Positions 51,286-63,732 of a stretch of 64,000 nt of DNA are shown one piece after another (the stretch's first letter is position 1; the number at the start of each line of letters is the position of its first letter). The notes under the pieces are model-generated. The model did no database searches, had not been told where the DNA came from, and was given only the letters and a program-made list of their open reading frames with translations. The translations under genes were made by a program, and so were the position numbers. Source of the stretch: Chiloscyllium plagiosum (Eukaryota); the NCBI RefSeq assembly GCF_004010195.1, contig NC_057749.1:10080728-10144727 (forward strand), given 5' to 3'.

Positions 51286-51436
51286 AAATGGGCCCAGAAT
51301 ACTGATGTGAGCACCATTGAATCAGTATTATTTTTTGCTTAAAAGATTTTTACTCCCTTTCTATCACATGGACATTAACTTACAGTGGCTTGGTAGTGTA
51401 GAACTTGAATATTACTGAAGTAAGAGGGTTTAGTGG

Positions 51437-52190
51437 AGTCAAAGAGCCACACAGCATAAAAACAGACCCTTCAGTCCAACCTTTCCATATCAAACATATT
51501 CCCAAACTAAACTAGTCCCACCTGCCTGCTCCTGGCCCACATCCCTCCAAACCTTTCCTGTTCATGTACTTATCCAAATGTCTTTTAAGTGTTGTAAGTG
51601 TACCCGCATTCACCACTTCCTCGGGAAGTTCATTCCACACGCAAACCACCCACTGTGTAAAAAAAATGCCCCTCATATCTTAAATATCTGCCCCCCATCC
51701 TTGGGGAAAAGATGACTACCATTAACTCTATGTATACCCCTCATTATTTTGTAAAGTTCTATAAAGTTGCCTCTCAGCCTCCTTTACCTGAGTGAAAAAC
51801 CTCCCAGCCTCTCCAGCTTTTCTTTATAATTCAAACCTTCGACACCCAGGAACATTCTGGTAAATCTCCTCTGAACCCTTGCCAGCTTAATAATATTCTT
51901 CCTGTAACTGGGTGACCAGAAGTGAACTCAGTACTCCAGAAGAGCCTCCACCAAGCTTCTGTACAACCTCAACCTGACGTCCCAACTCCTGTACTCAAAT
52001 GACTGTACAATAAAGGCAAGTATGCTAAAAGCCCTTTTAACCATCCTGTGATGCAAACTTCAAAGAATTATGTACCTGAATCCCTAGGTCCATCTGTTCA
52101 ACAGCACTACCCAAAGTCCTACCATTAACTGTATAAGCTCTACTCTTGTTTGTTTTACCAAAATGCAATACTTTGCATTTATCCAGACTG
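51437..52190 (-). mobile_element. CR1-type LINE 3' end
   Basis: Reverse-strand CR1 tail and RT C-terminus. Confidence 0.85.
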
Positions 52191-52573
52191 AACTCTTTAC
52201 ATTCACCATGGCATGTGCAGGAATTACAAGCTTGAAAGGGAACAATAAATCATACTGAGTTGTCAAGCTAACTTTGATTGCAATGGAAAATGCATCTGGC
52301 AATTATGATGCTCTGCAATAACAAGGAACAAATCCAGGCACTTTTGAATTAATCAGAAGGATGGGGCAGAATAGCTCCCTGATGTGTTCTCTGGAGTAAT
52401 GCTTTACCCAATCACTTGACTTGCCAACCCCATGCAGTGTAAATAGTTGTTCCCTTTGAAATGTGACATTCTTGCATCTTGTTCTGATGAGGGCAAGACA
52501 ATAAACCTTCAATGGTAAGTCACTTTATGTTTCAGGAAAGCTCAGTGTTTGTGCTGTTTCATTTTTGTTTCAG

Positions 52574-52692
52574 GCTCCCTGAATCTGTGAGCTTTGAGGA
52601 AGGTGCTTTGATTGAACCCCTCTCTGTTGCAATTCACGCCTGTCGTAGAGGAGGGGTTACAATTGGCAGCAAGGTCTTCATTTTGGGGGCAG
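52574..52692 (+). CDS. SORD: SORD-like paralog B, exon 5 (119 bp): [39 protein letters not shown]
   Basis: tttcag|G acceptor, GCAG|gtaagc donor. Confidence 0.96.
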
Positions 52693-52959
52693 GTAAGCCC
52701 ATTGCATTTTGGGGGCAGGTAAACTCATTGATTGTGTGAGTAACTATTAGCACTGCTGAAAATTTTGAATGGAATATTTTTGCATTCTTCCATTTATTTT
52801 CACTCTTCCCCACCCCAGGCAGTCTCAGGTTAATGTTCAAGGAAGGAGGTACTTGGATTGGAGGTGCTACAATGAAGCCTCAGTATACTGATCCTTTTCA
52901 TGAGTGGCTGAGTCAACTGGGTCCATATTGTCACAAGTGTAGAAAAATGAGAGGTGATG

Positions 52960-53310
52960 TCATGGAATCTCTACAGTGTAGAAGTAGGCCATTCGGCCCA
53001 TTGAGTCCACACCAACTCTCCAAAGACCATTTCACCTAGAGCCAGCCCTCGCTACCCTATCTGTGTAACCCTGCATTTCCCATGGTTAACCCACCTAGCC
53101 TGCATATCCTGCACACTGTGGGCAATTTAGCATGGCCAATCCACCGAACTCGCACATCTTTGGACAGTGGGAGGAAACCGGAGCACCCGGAGGAAACCCA
53201 AGCAGACATGGGGAGAATGTGCTAACTCCACACAGACAGTTGCCCGAGGGTGGAGTGAAACCCAGGTTCATGGCGCTGTGAGGCAGTAGTGCTAACCACT
53301 GAGCCACTCG
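52960..53310 (-). mobile_element. HE1/V-SINE-like SINE nested in a CR1 fragment
   Basis: Same consensus, reverse strand. Confidence 0.87.
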
Positions 53311-53857
53311 CTGAAATGTAGGGATTCTGAAGAGTAAAAGCTGAGAGGTTATTTTCACCTGCTGGGGAAACTAGGACATGGGGCTCAGTCTCCAGATAAA
53401 GAACCTTCAGAACTGAAATGGATAATTTTTTGTTGAGCAAAGGTATGAAGGGATATGGGCCAAGGCTGGTATAGGGAGTTAGACCACAGCTCAGCCACAA
53501 TCTCATCGAATGGTGGAACTGGCTTGAGGGGCTGAATGACCTGCCTAATTGAGATGAGGAAATCTTCCTCCGCTCAAAGGGCTGTGAACCTTTGGTATTT
53601 TGTATCCCAGGGAGTTGTGTATACTCCATTGTTGACATAATTAAGACTGGCATAGACTAAATCCCCGATATGGAGGTGAACAGGAAAGTGGAGAGGTAGA
53701 AGATGAGTCACAATCATTTTGTTTTCATTTTTCTCTCTTGGGTTGTCAAAGTCAGCATACTGCCTATCCCGAACTGCCTTTGAACAATCTTCTGAACACT
53801 TTCCCTTATATGCCTTGGTGTCATGTTTTGAATTTACAATGCTTTTACGAAATGAGA

Positions 53858-54242
53858 CCAAAAAACTGCAGATGCTGGAATCCAAGCTGGACAAGCAAGA
53901 GGCTGGAGGAACACAGCAAGCCAGGCAGCATTAGGAGGTGGAGATGTCAACGTTTCGGGTGTAACCCTTCTTCAGGACTCAGGATGGGCGTGGGGGAAGC
54001 TGCAGATAAAAGGGGTGGTGGGGGAGAGGGGGATAGGTGAAGACAGGTAGAGGGTACGACCTGGTTGGCCAATGGGAGGAATGAATCTGGTTGTTGGCAG
54101 GGAGGAGTGGTAGGGAGGGAGAGGGACTGGGAAGGGAGTCTGGGGATGGGAAGGGAGATTATTTGGAATTGGAGAACTCCGTGTTGAGTCCTCCCGGTAT
54201 GTCAGCTGTCCAGGCGGAAGATGAGGTGTTATTCCTCCAACA
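53858..54242 (-). mobile_element. PLE 3' fragment with hammerhead motif at 53949-53975
   Basis: Similar to 27664-28095 in reverse orientation; CTGAAGA-aGGGTtacACCC-GAAAC-GTT. Confidence 0.75.
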
Positions 54243-54717
54243 TATCTTATGACATGAAGTATCTGGGAGCGTTTTAATACATTACAGATATCAAATCAAT
54301 ACAACTTGGCATTGCAGTAAAGCAGCAAAAGAAGCATTCGGAGTTTTCAACAAATTCACATGCCTCCTGTAGTCTGGGAGGGACGCACTTGATCGCACTT
54401 TGTTGAGGAGTCAGTGAGGTGTAAAGATAATTCGCAGAAAGAAAAATCAGATTATGCCTAAATTCCGTAAATGTTTTGGTTTCGTTTATGCAGAAGTTGC
54501 AGAATTTCTGTCATGTCTGTTGAGTAATTCTTTGCAAATGGTTGTCAAGCTTAGTACCAGAGAAAGCCATTCATCAGAGAGTTGAGGGCATTGTGTCCCA
54601 GTTCTCAAAGGCTCGCTCCTACAGAGTGCAGGCCAGCACTAAGAGAACTTTACTCCGTCGCTTTGCCTTGTACCTGTCCAGGGTTTTTTCTCACAAACAT
54701 CTTGTTTTTTGTGAAAG

Positions 54718-54783
54718 GGCCAATTGGACTCGTGAATCTGCTGGTTTCCAAGTCCATGGGAGCGTCTCAGATTGTGATCTGTG
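54718..54783 (+). CDS. SORD: SORD-like paralog B, exon 6 (66 bp): GPIGLVNLLVSKSMGASQIVIC
   Basis: gaaag|GG acceptor after a T-rich tract, G|gtaagt donor. Confidence 0.94.
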
Positions 54784-55217
54784 GTAAGTTGTTTGTTTCG
54801 CATGCTGCTTAACTTTGAGTACTGAATAATGTATTCTCAATCCAGAATCAATGCATTGTTAACATTGTCAGCATTACCTTTGGCGATATCAAACCTGAAA
54901 TGGATATAATCGATTAAATGGCTCACAAATCTGTGCCTGCACACAGGAGAAAATTAAAGTTAAAATCCAATAGTGTATGTAACTTTAGTTTATCTCTACG
55001 CTGCCTCCTTCTAATTCCTTATTTGCTATTTTCACTTCAGGCAGAGAAATTGTCTTTTGAAACTCCTTCCGGGTTTCTCTGCTTTAACATTTTGTAGGCC
55101 AGAAGAAGGCTTTTCGGCCTGCCATACCTGTGCTGGCTGTCTGAGAAAGCAATGACAGATGTGCCCTTTTCCCTCATGCCAGCTTCATATTTATTCTTTT
55201 AAAGTATGTCACATCTT

Positions 55218-56020
55218 GGAGTCATACAGCACAGAAACAGATCCTTCGGTCCAACCAGTCCATGCCGAATGTAATCCCAAACTAAGCTAAACGTAATCCC
55301 GCCTGCCTGAGCTTGGCCCATATCCCTCCAAACATTTCTTATTCATTTACTTATCCAAATGTCTTTTAAACATTGCAACTGTATCCACATCCACCACTTC
55401 CGCAGGAAATTCATTCCACACATGAACCATTCTCTGTGTAAAAGAATTGCTCCTTGTGTCTTTTTTAAATCTTTTACTTCTCACCTTAATAAGATGCCCT
55501 CTAGTCTTGAAGTCCCCCAACCTAGGGAAAAGACACCTGCTGTTCCTCTCATCTATATACCTCACGATTTTATGAGAACCATAGAATCCCTACAGAATTT
55601 GGCCCATCAAATCCACACCAATCCTCCAAAGAGCAGCCCGTTCAGACCCACCTCCCCCACTGTAACTCTGTGTTTCCCACTGTTAATCCACCAAACCTGC
55701 ATATCTTTGGACTGTGAGAAGAAACCAGAGCACCCAGAGGAAACCCACGCAGACATGGGGAGAATATGCAAACTCCACACAGACAGTTGCATAAGGCTGG
55801 AATCGAACCTGGATCCCTGGCGCTGTGAGGCAGCAGTGCCAGCCACTGTACCAATGCTACAGAAGTTTATGAACTTGTCTAAGGTCATCCCTCAACCTTC
55901 TACACTCCAGTGAAAAGTCCCAGCCTATTCAGCCTCTTCCCTATCTCAAACCCTCCATTCCTGGCAACATCCTGGTAAACATCTTCTGAACCCTCTCCAG
56001 CTTAATGATATCCTTCCTAT
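55218..56020 (-). mobile_element. CR1 3' end with nested SINE (about 55580-55855)
   Basis: The CR1 tail sequence resumes after the SINE. Confidence 0.83.
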
Positions 56021-56039
56021 GACATATATATACATAAGT

Positions 56040-56556
56040 ATGTAAAGTTAGCTCGCTGAGCTTGAAGATTTGTTTTCAGACGTTTCGTCACCATGACTAG
56101 GTAACATCATCAATGAGAGTCTCTGGTGAAGTGCTGGTGGTATGTCCCGCCTCTCTATTTATAGGTCTTGGTTTCTTAAGGTTGGTGATTTGATTTCCTG
56201 TTCTTTTTTTCAAAAGAAGGTAGATAGGATCAAAGTCGATGTGTTTATTAATGGGAGTTCTGGTTAGAATGCCATGCCTCGAGGAATTCTCGTGCGTGTT
56301 TTTGTTTTGCCTGTCATAGGATGTGTGTGTTGTCCCAGTCAAAATGGTGTCCTTTTTTGTATGGAAACTAATGATAGTGGGTTGTGTCTTTTGGTGGCCA
56401 GTTGGTGTTCATGTATCCTACTGACAAGTTTCCTGCTAGATTGTCCGACATAGTGTTTTTTACAGTTCTTGCATGGTATCTTGTAAATGACATTAGTTTT
56501 GCTGACAGTATCTAATGGATCCTTTAGGTTCATTAGTCTCTGTTTAGGTGTGTTTA
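56040..56556 (-). mobile_element. PLE GIY-YIG fragment and 3' terminus
   Basis: VIYKIPCKNCKKHYVGQSSRKLVSRIHEH; ETLIDDVT end homologous to the element at 32.6 kb. Confidence 0.87.
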
Positions 56557-57992
56557 TAGAGTCATAGTCATAGAGATGTACAGCATGGAAACAGACCCTT
56601 CGGTCCAACCTGTCCATGCTGACCAGATATCCCAACCCAATCGAGTCCCACCTGCCAGCACCCGGCCCATATCCCTCCAAACCCTTCCTATTCATATACC
56701 CATCCAGATGCCTTTTAAATATTGCAATTGTACCAGCCTCCACCACTTCCTCTGGCAGCTCATTCCATACATGTACCAACCTCTGTGTGAAAAAGTTGCC
56801 TCTTAGGTCTCTTTTATATCTTTCCCCTCTCACCCTAAACCCTCTAGTTCTGGACTTTCCCACCTCAGGGAAAAGACCTTGTCTATTTACCCTATCCATG
56901 ACCCTCATGATTTTATAGACCTCTATAAGGTCACCCTTCAGCCTCCGACGCTCCAGGGAAAACAGCCCCAGCCTATTCAACCTCTCCCTATAGCTCAAAT
57001 CCTCCAACCCTAGCAACATTCTTGTAAATCTTTTCTGAACCCTTTCAAATTTCACAATATCCTTCCGATAGGAAGGAGACCAGAATTGCAAACAATATTC
57101 CAAAAGTGGCCGAACCACTGTCCTGTACAACTGCAACATGACCTCCCAACTCCTGTACTCAATACCCTGACTAATAAAGGAAAACATGCCAGACGCCTTC
57201 TTCACTATCCTATCTACCTGTGACTCTTCTTTCAAGGAGCTATGAACCTGCACTCCAAGGTCTCTTTTTTCAGGAAAGGACCTGACTATTAAGTGTATAA
57301 GTCCTGTTAAGATTTGCTTTTGAAAAAGCAGCACCTTGCATTTATCTAAATTAAACTCTATCTGCCACTTCTCGGCCCATTGGCTCATCTGATAAAGATC
57401 CCGTTGTAATTCAAGGTAACCTTCTTCGCTGTCCACTACACCTCCAATTTTGGTGTCATCTGCAAACTTACTAATTATACATCTAAACTCATATCGGAGT
57501 CATTTATATAAATGACAAAAAGTAGTGGACCCAGCACAGATTCTTGTGGCGCTCCACTGGTCACAGGCCTCTAGTCTGAAAAACAACCCTCCACCACCAC
57601 CCTCTGTCTTCTACCTTTGAGCCAGTTCTGTATCCAAATAGCTAGTTCTCCATGTATTCCATGAGATCTAACCTTGCTAATCAGTCTCCCATGGGGAACC
57701 TTGTCGAACGCCTGACTGAAGTCCATATAGATCACATCCACCGCTCTACCCTCATCAGTCTTCTTTGTTACTAAGTCAAAAAACTCAATCAAGTTTGTGA
57801 GACATGATTTCCCACGCACAAAGCCATGTTGACTGTCCCTAATCAGTCCTTGCCTTTCCAAATACATGTACTTCCTGTCCCTCATGGTTCTCTCCAACAA
57901 CTTGCCCACTACCAACATCAGGCTCACCGGTCTATAGTTCCCTGGTTTGTCCTTGCCACCTTTTTTTAAACAGTGGCATCACGTTAGCCAAA
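56557..57992 (-). mobile_element. CR1-type LINE, about 1.4 kb 5'-truncated copy (RT plus tail)
   Basis: QHGFVRGKSCLTNL, DFSQAFDKVPH, RPLLEYCLQFW; (ctatga)n tail. Confidence 0.93.
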
Positions 57993-58374
57993 CCATGTTG
58001 CAGTGGGTCTGGAGTCACATGCAAGCCAGACCAGTTAAGGATGGCTGATGTCCTTCCCTCAAGGACATTAGGATGGGATTTTACCAAAATCTATGATAGT
58101 GTCATAGTCACCATCTCGGAGATTAGCTTTCAATTCCAGCTTTTATTAGTTGAATTTAAATTCCACCCACTGCCCTGGTAGGATTTGAACTCTTGTCCCC
58201 AGAGAATTAACTCTGGCCTCTGGATTATTAGCCCAGAACCATTAGCACTAAATCACGACCTCCTCCATCCCTCATTAATCATGTGAGCAGTATTGTGACC
58301 AAAAGCAGAACTCGGTCTGCTATAGACCAATTGTCTTTCTGTAATTTATTCATTGGTGTTGACTCCCCAGGTAA

Positions 58375-58712
58375 TTGGCAGCACGATGGCTCGATGGTTA
58401 GCACTGCTGCCAACAGCACCAGGACCTGGATTCGATTCCAGCCTTGGGCGACTGTCTCTGTGGAGTTTGCACATTCTCTCCGTGTCTGCGTGGGTTTCCT
58501 CCCACTGTGCAAAAATGTGCAGGTTATGTAGATTGGCCATTTTAAATTGCTCATAGTGTCCACGAAAATACAGGCTCGGTGGAGTAGCCATGGTAAATGT
58601 GGAGTTACGGGGAGTGGGTCTAGGGGGGTAGGTTGCCCTACAAAGAGTCAGTGCGGACCCGATGGGCCAAATGGCCTTCTTCCATTCTGTAGGGGTTCTC
58701 TGATTCTATGAA
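58375..58712 (+). mobile_element. HE1/V-SINE-like SINE
   Basis: Same consensus. Confidence 0.85.
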
Positions 58713-59234
58713 TTGACTGCCTTAGATGTCTATCTTATGCTGTCCTTTTACTGTCTGCATTCAGTCCATTTCCTCACCCTCCCCAACTACCTTCTCTGAG
58801 TTTTTTCCATCACCTTCTATAGCTGTCTAAGTATATGACTGAAGTATTGTATTCCTCCCTCCCTCTCTCTTTGACATTATGTACTGTTCCTCTATTCTCC
58901 AACTGTTGCCAGAACTTCCTCAGTGTCTTTTTGTCTGTGCAGGATCTGAAAACATTCTCCTGTAGCACCTCAGGGTTTTTTTTCCCTGAGACTCAGTTTC
59001 TTTGATGTTGACATTTTCTCCATTCTGACAGAGTTGGTCTTAGTTATCGCAAAACTTCAGTCTTTTATTTACCATTAATGTCATGTGTTTGTTGCATGTG
59101 TTATACCACTGAACAATGCTGAGGTGACTCTTGTTCTACTTCTGCAACAGGGTAATTTTCTTGACTTCAAAATGTCTTAGTAATTACAAAATTTCTACAC
59201 ACACTCTCTCAAGCCAGGTTCAAGAACCTTTAGA

Positions 59235-60770
59235 GCTGAAAAATGTGTTGCTGGAAAAGTGCAGCAGGTCAGGCAGCATCCAAGGAGCAGGAGAATCGAC
59301 GTTTCAGGCATAAGCCCTTCTTCAGGAATGAGGAGGGTGTGCCAAGCAGGCTAAGATAAAAGGTAGGGAGGAGGGACTTGGGGGAGGGGCGTTGGGAATG
59401 CGATAGGTGGAAGGAGGTTAAGGTGAGGGTGATAGGCCGGAGAGNNNNNNNNNNNNNNNNNNNNNNNNNNNNNNNNNNNNNNNNNNNNNNNNNNNNNNNN
59501 NNNNNNNNNNNNNNNNNNNNNNNNNNNNNNNNNNNNNNNNNNNNNNNNNNNNNNNNNNNNNNNNNNNNNNNNNNNNNNNNNNNNNNNNNNNNNNNNNNNN
59601 NNNNNNNNNNNNNNNNNNNNNNNNNNNNNNNNNNNNNNNNNNNNNNNNNNNNNNNNNNNNNNNNNNNNNNNNNNNNNNNNNNNNNNNNNNNNNNNNNNNN
59701 NNNNNNNNNNNNNNNNNNNNNNNNNNNNNNNNNNNNNNNNNNNNNNNNNNNNNNNNNNNNNNNNNNNNNNNNNNNNNNNNNNNNNNNNNNNNNNNNGGTG
59801 GGGGGGTGGATCTGACGAGGGAGTGGCGGAGGGAGTGGTCTTTACGGAACGCCGATGGGGAGGGGAGGGAAATCTATCCTTGGTGGTGGGGTCTGTTTGG
59901 AGGTGGCGGAAATGACGAAGGATGATACGATGTATCTGGAGGTTGGTGGGATGGTAGGTGAGGACCAGTGGGGTTCTGTCCTGGTGGCGATTGGAGGGGC
60001 GGAGGAGTGGGAAGTGGAGGAGATGTGGTGGAGAGCAACGTCAACCACATCTGAGGGGAAATTGCCATCTTTGAAGAAGGAGGCCACCTGGGTTGTTCAG
60101 TATTGGAATTGGTCCCCCTGGGAGCAGATGCGGTGGAGGCGAAGGAATTGGAAATATGGGATGGCGTTTTTACAGGGGGCAGGGTGGGAGGAGGTGTAAT
60201 CTAGGTAGCTGTGGGAGTCAGTCGGTTTATAGTAAATGTCTGTGTTGAGTCGGTCACCCGAGATAGAAATGGAGAGGTCTAGGAGGAGGAGGGAGGAGTC
60301 TGAGACAGTCCAGGTAAATTTGAGGTTGGGGTGGAAGGTATTAGTAAAGTGGATGAACTGTTCAACGTTCTTGTGGGAGCACGAGGTAGCGCCGATACAG
60401 TCATCAATGTAGCGGAGGAAAAGGTGGGTGTGATGCCAGTGTAGCTGCGGAAGATGGACTGTTCCACATACCCTACGAAGAGGCAGGCATAGCTGGGGCC
60501 CATGCGGGTGCCCATGGCTACTCTTTTGGTTTGGAGGAAGGAGGAGGATTGGAAAGAGAAGTTGTTCAGAGTGAGGACCAGTTCAGTCAGTCGAAGGAGG
60601 GTGTCCAGTTCAGTCAGTCGAAGGAGGGTGTCAGTGGAAGGGTACTGGTTGGATCGGCGGGAAAGGAAGGAGCGGAGGGCTTTGAGGCCTTCGTGATGGG
60701 GTTTGGCAGGAAAGGAAGGAGCGGAGGGCTTTGAGGCCTTCGTGATGGGGTTCGGCGGGAAAGGAAGAAC
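59235..60770 (-). mobile_element. Penelope-like element: RT fragment plus 3' terminus with hammerhead motif at 59298-59325; contains an assembly gap
   Basis: MGTRMGPSYACLFVGYVEQ and RYIDD-type RT motifs on the minus strand; the terminus matches the family-1 palindrome arms. Confidence 0.87.
59445..59796. other. Assembly gap (N run)
   Basis: Ns in the sequence. Confidence 1.
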
Positions 60771-60892
60771 CTTTACTGTGGTGTCAGCTACTTAAGCTCT
60801 CTAGCTCCACCTAGAGGGTTAAAAAATCTAGTACAATAAATGTAGATCAGGTCAGAAGTCACAGGACACCAGGTTATAATCCAGCAGGTTTA

Positions 60893-61065
60893 CAGAGGAA
60901 CCTCAATTATCCGGCATTCGATTAACCGGGCTTTGGATCATCTAAACAAGATCACAAGGTCCCGATGTGTGGCTAACTACATTATCCGGCATCGATTATC
61001 CGGCATTCAATTAACCGAACGAAATACTCTCCACCTGTGTTCTTTGGATAATTGAGTTTCCTGCA
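60893..61065. mobile_element. Tigger/pogo-like DNA MITE nested in a family-2 palindromic element (about 60850-61197)
   Basis: ta-cagaggaacctcaattatcc ... ggataattgagtttcctgca-ta inverted termini with TA flanks. Confidence 0.7.
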
Positions 61066-61466
61066 TATTTAAAATCACCTGATGAAGAAGCAGTGTTCCA
61101 AGAACTTGTGACTTTAAATAAACCTGTTGGACTATAGCCTGGTGTCATGTAACTTTTGACTTTGTCCATCCCGGTGCAACACCAGCACCTCAACATCGCA
61201 ACACAGACCAGTGACTAGACCAATGCAATCAAACATAGGGTTTGAGGAACATGCTATTCTAAGGAAAGGTCACTGGAACCAAAATGTTAATTCTGCTTTC
61301 TCTCCACAGATACTGCCAGACCTGCTGAGCTTTTCCAGCAAATTCTGTTTTTGTTTCTGATTTCCAGTATCCGCAGTCCTTGCAGCTTTTTTCAATCAAA
61401 CACAGATCTATTAAACCATTGAGCACTATGATTAATATTGCCACACATGTAATTCTAACGTTTCAG

Positions 61467-61648
61467 ATTTATCACTGAAAAGACTGGAAAAGGCAAAGCA
61501 AATGGGAGCCAGTTTCACAATCGCAGTCGAGCAGAATATGACACCCCAGGAACTGGGTCAGAAGGTGAAGCAGATCCTAGGTGGAGCTATGCCAGATATA
61601 TCCATTGAATGCACTGGAGCAGAGCTATGTGTCCAAGGTGGTGTTTAT
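61467..61648 (+). CDS. SORD: SORD-like paralog B, exon 7 (182 bp): DLSLKRLEKAKQMGASFTIAVEQNMTPQELGQKVKQILGGAMPDISIECTGAELCVQGGVY
   Basis: ctaac branch-like motif, tttcag|AT acceptor, TAT|gtaagt donor. Confidence 0.95.
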
Positions 61649-61894
61649 GTAAGTATGGAATTGGTATAGCTGACACTGATAGGTTAGATAGTTGAATAAT
61701 TTTAAACAAAGATTATAAATGCACGAGAAGCTGTTCAAGAGAAACTTCACATGACTGATTCCAAGAGGGGGAAGGGGCTTGTCTTAAGAGGAAAGGTTGA
61801 GCAGTTTGTGCCTGGACCTGTCAGAGTTCAGAAGAATGAGAGGTGATCTTATTGAAACATATAAGATCGTGAGGAAGGGTCCCTGGAGCATTGG

Positions 61895-62340
61895 AGGCTA
61901 TGGGGTGACCTTATAGAGGTTTACAAAGTTATGTGGGGCATGGATAGGATAAATAAACAAAGTATTTTTCCTGGGGTGGGGGAATCCAGAACTAGAGGGC
62001 ATATGTTTAGGGTGAGAGGGGAAAGATATAAAAGAGACCTCAGGGACAACGTTTTCACGCAGAGGGTGGTACGTGTATGGAATGAGCTGCCAGAGGAAGT
62101 GGTGGAGGCTGGTACAATTGCAACATTTAAAAGGCATTTGATGGGTATATGAATAGGAAGGGTTTGGAGGGATATGGGCTGGGTGCTGGCAGGTGGGACT
62201 AGATTAGTCATAGAGATGTACAGCATGGAAACAGACCCTTTGGTCCAACCCCTCCATGCCGACCAAATATTTTTGGTCAGCATTGACGGTTTGGACCAAA
62301 GGGTCTGTTTCCATGTTGTACATCTCTATGACTCTGTGAC
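61895..62340 (+). mobile_element. CR1-type LINE 3' end with an inverted duplicate of its tail
   Basis: RDNVFTQRVVRVWNELPEEVV; hairpin at 62206-62333. Confidence 0.87.
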
Positions 62341-62760
62341 AGAGTGGATGCTGGGAGGCTGAGGTGACTGTGAAGGAATCTGCTTCTCAACATCTCCCCA
62401 AATCTCAGGCTAAACCACAACCAATCGTCTCTCTCTAATGAAGGAGTCACCCTAAGGACATCGAAGACTATGGCAACTTTACCTTTCATATTCCAAAATG
62501 ATCCCCCCAGAGAAGGGATCTCCAAGGTAGTGCAACTTTTACTGTATATATACTAAATCAGAATTTGTGATTGATTTGATCACAAAGAGGATTGGTGGTG
62601 ACATTTTGACTGAGAAAGTGCTTTTGTTTTATTAAATCCTTGGCTACTATCACAAACTGCAGAATTTTAGGACAGGAATTTTGACAGGTGAATCTATGAC
62701 TGCCTGAAATTGTGAATGAATGTCTATTGTTTATTCCAACTATTTCACGTGTTTCCTTAG

Positions 62761-62882
62761 GCGACCAAGTCTGGAGGTGTGTTGGTTCTTGTCGGGTTAG
62801 GCCAACCTTCAACAAACATCCCCTTGTTAGATCTGATAGTCCGAGAAGTGGATATCAGGGGAGTTTTCAGATATTGCAACAC
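62761..62882 (+). CDS. SORD: SORD-like paralog B, exon 8 (122 bp): [41 protein letters not shown]
   Basis: ccttag|GCG acceptor, AC|gtaagt donor. Confidence 0.96.
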
Positions 62883-63015
62883 GTAAGTACTTTAAAAAAA
62901 AATTATTGTAAAACTCCTGAATTCACTTGACTGATTATTATGGATTCAGTGGAAATCTCAGAATTCATGCTGATTTTTCATTAGTAGTAGTTGTAGTCAT
63001 AGTCAATCAGAACCC

Positions 63016-63362
63016 TGCACGGTGGCTCAGTGGTTAGCACTGCTGCCTCACAACGCCAAGGACCTGGGTTCAATCCCAGCTTTAGGTAACTGTCTAAATG
63101 GAGTTTGTACATTCTCTCTGCATCTGTGTGGGTTTTCACCAGGTGCTCTGGTTTCGTCCCACAGTCAGAAAGATGGGCGGGTTGGGTGGGTTGACCATGC
63201 TAATTTGTCCACAGTGTCCAGGGATGCGCAGGTCTAGGTGGGTTAACCATGGGAAACGCAGGGTTCCAGGGATAGAGTAGGGAGCTGGTTGAGATGCTTT
63301 TGGGAGGGTTGGTGTGGAATCGATGGACCAAATAGCCTGCATTCACACTGTAGGGATTCTAA
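63016..63362 (+). mobile_element. HE1/V-SINE-like SINE
   Basis: Same consensus. Confidence 0.85.
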
Positions 63363-63732
63363 AGAATTAGACAGGAGCTTGGGAACTCTGCAGGTTGCCC
63401 ATTGCCTCAGCCAGTCGGAGTCAGGTTGCTAACCAACGAGCTCCCTTTATTCCTGAATGTTTGAAATTTGATATTCTTGCATTTGTCCTGATGACAGCAA
63501 GGCACAGAGTTTCTATCAAGTGTCTCTCCTTTCCTGATGAATACGTGAGGTGTTCCCGGACATGTATCTTTACTTTTGAAGGTGCCAGACAACTTGAAAT
63601 GATTATTTCACTATAACACTGAATGGCAGTCAAAAATATAAAAGGTGGATGTGGAAGACTATTGACAAGTAAAAACCATGACTTGAATGATTACAGTTAT
63701 CCTCCTTTCTCTTCTCATTCCTGTCACTTCAG

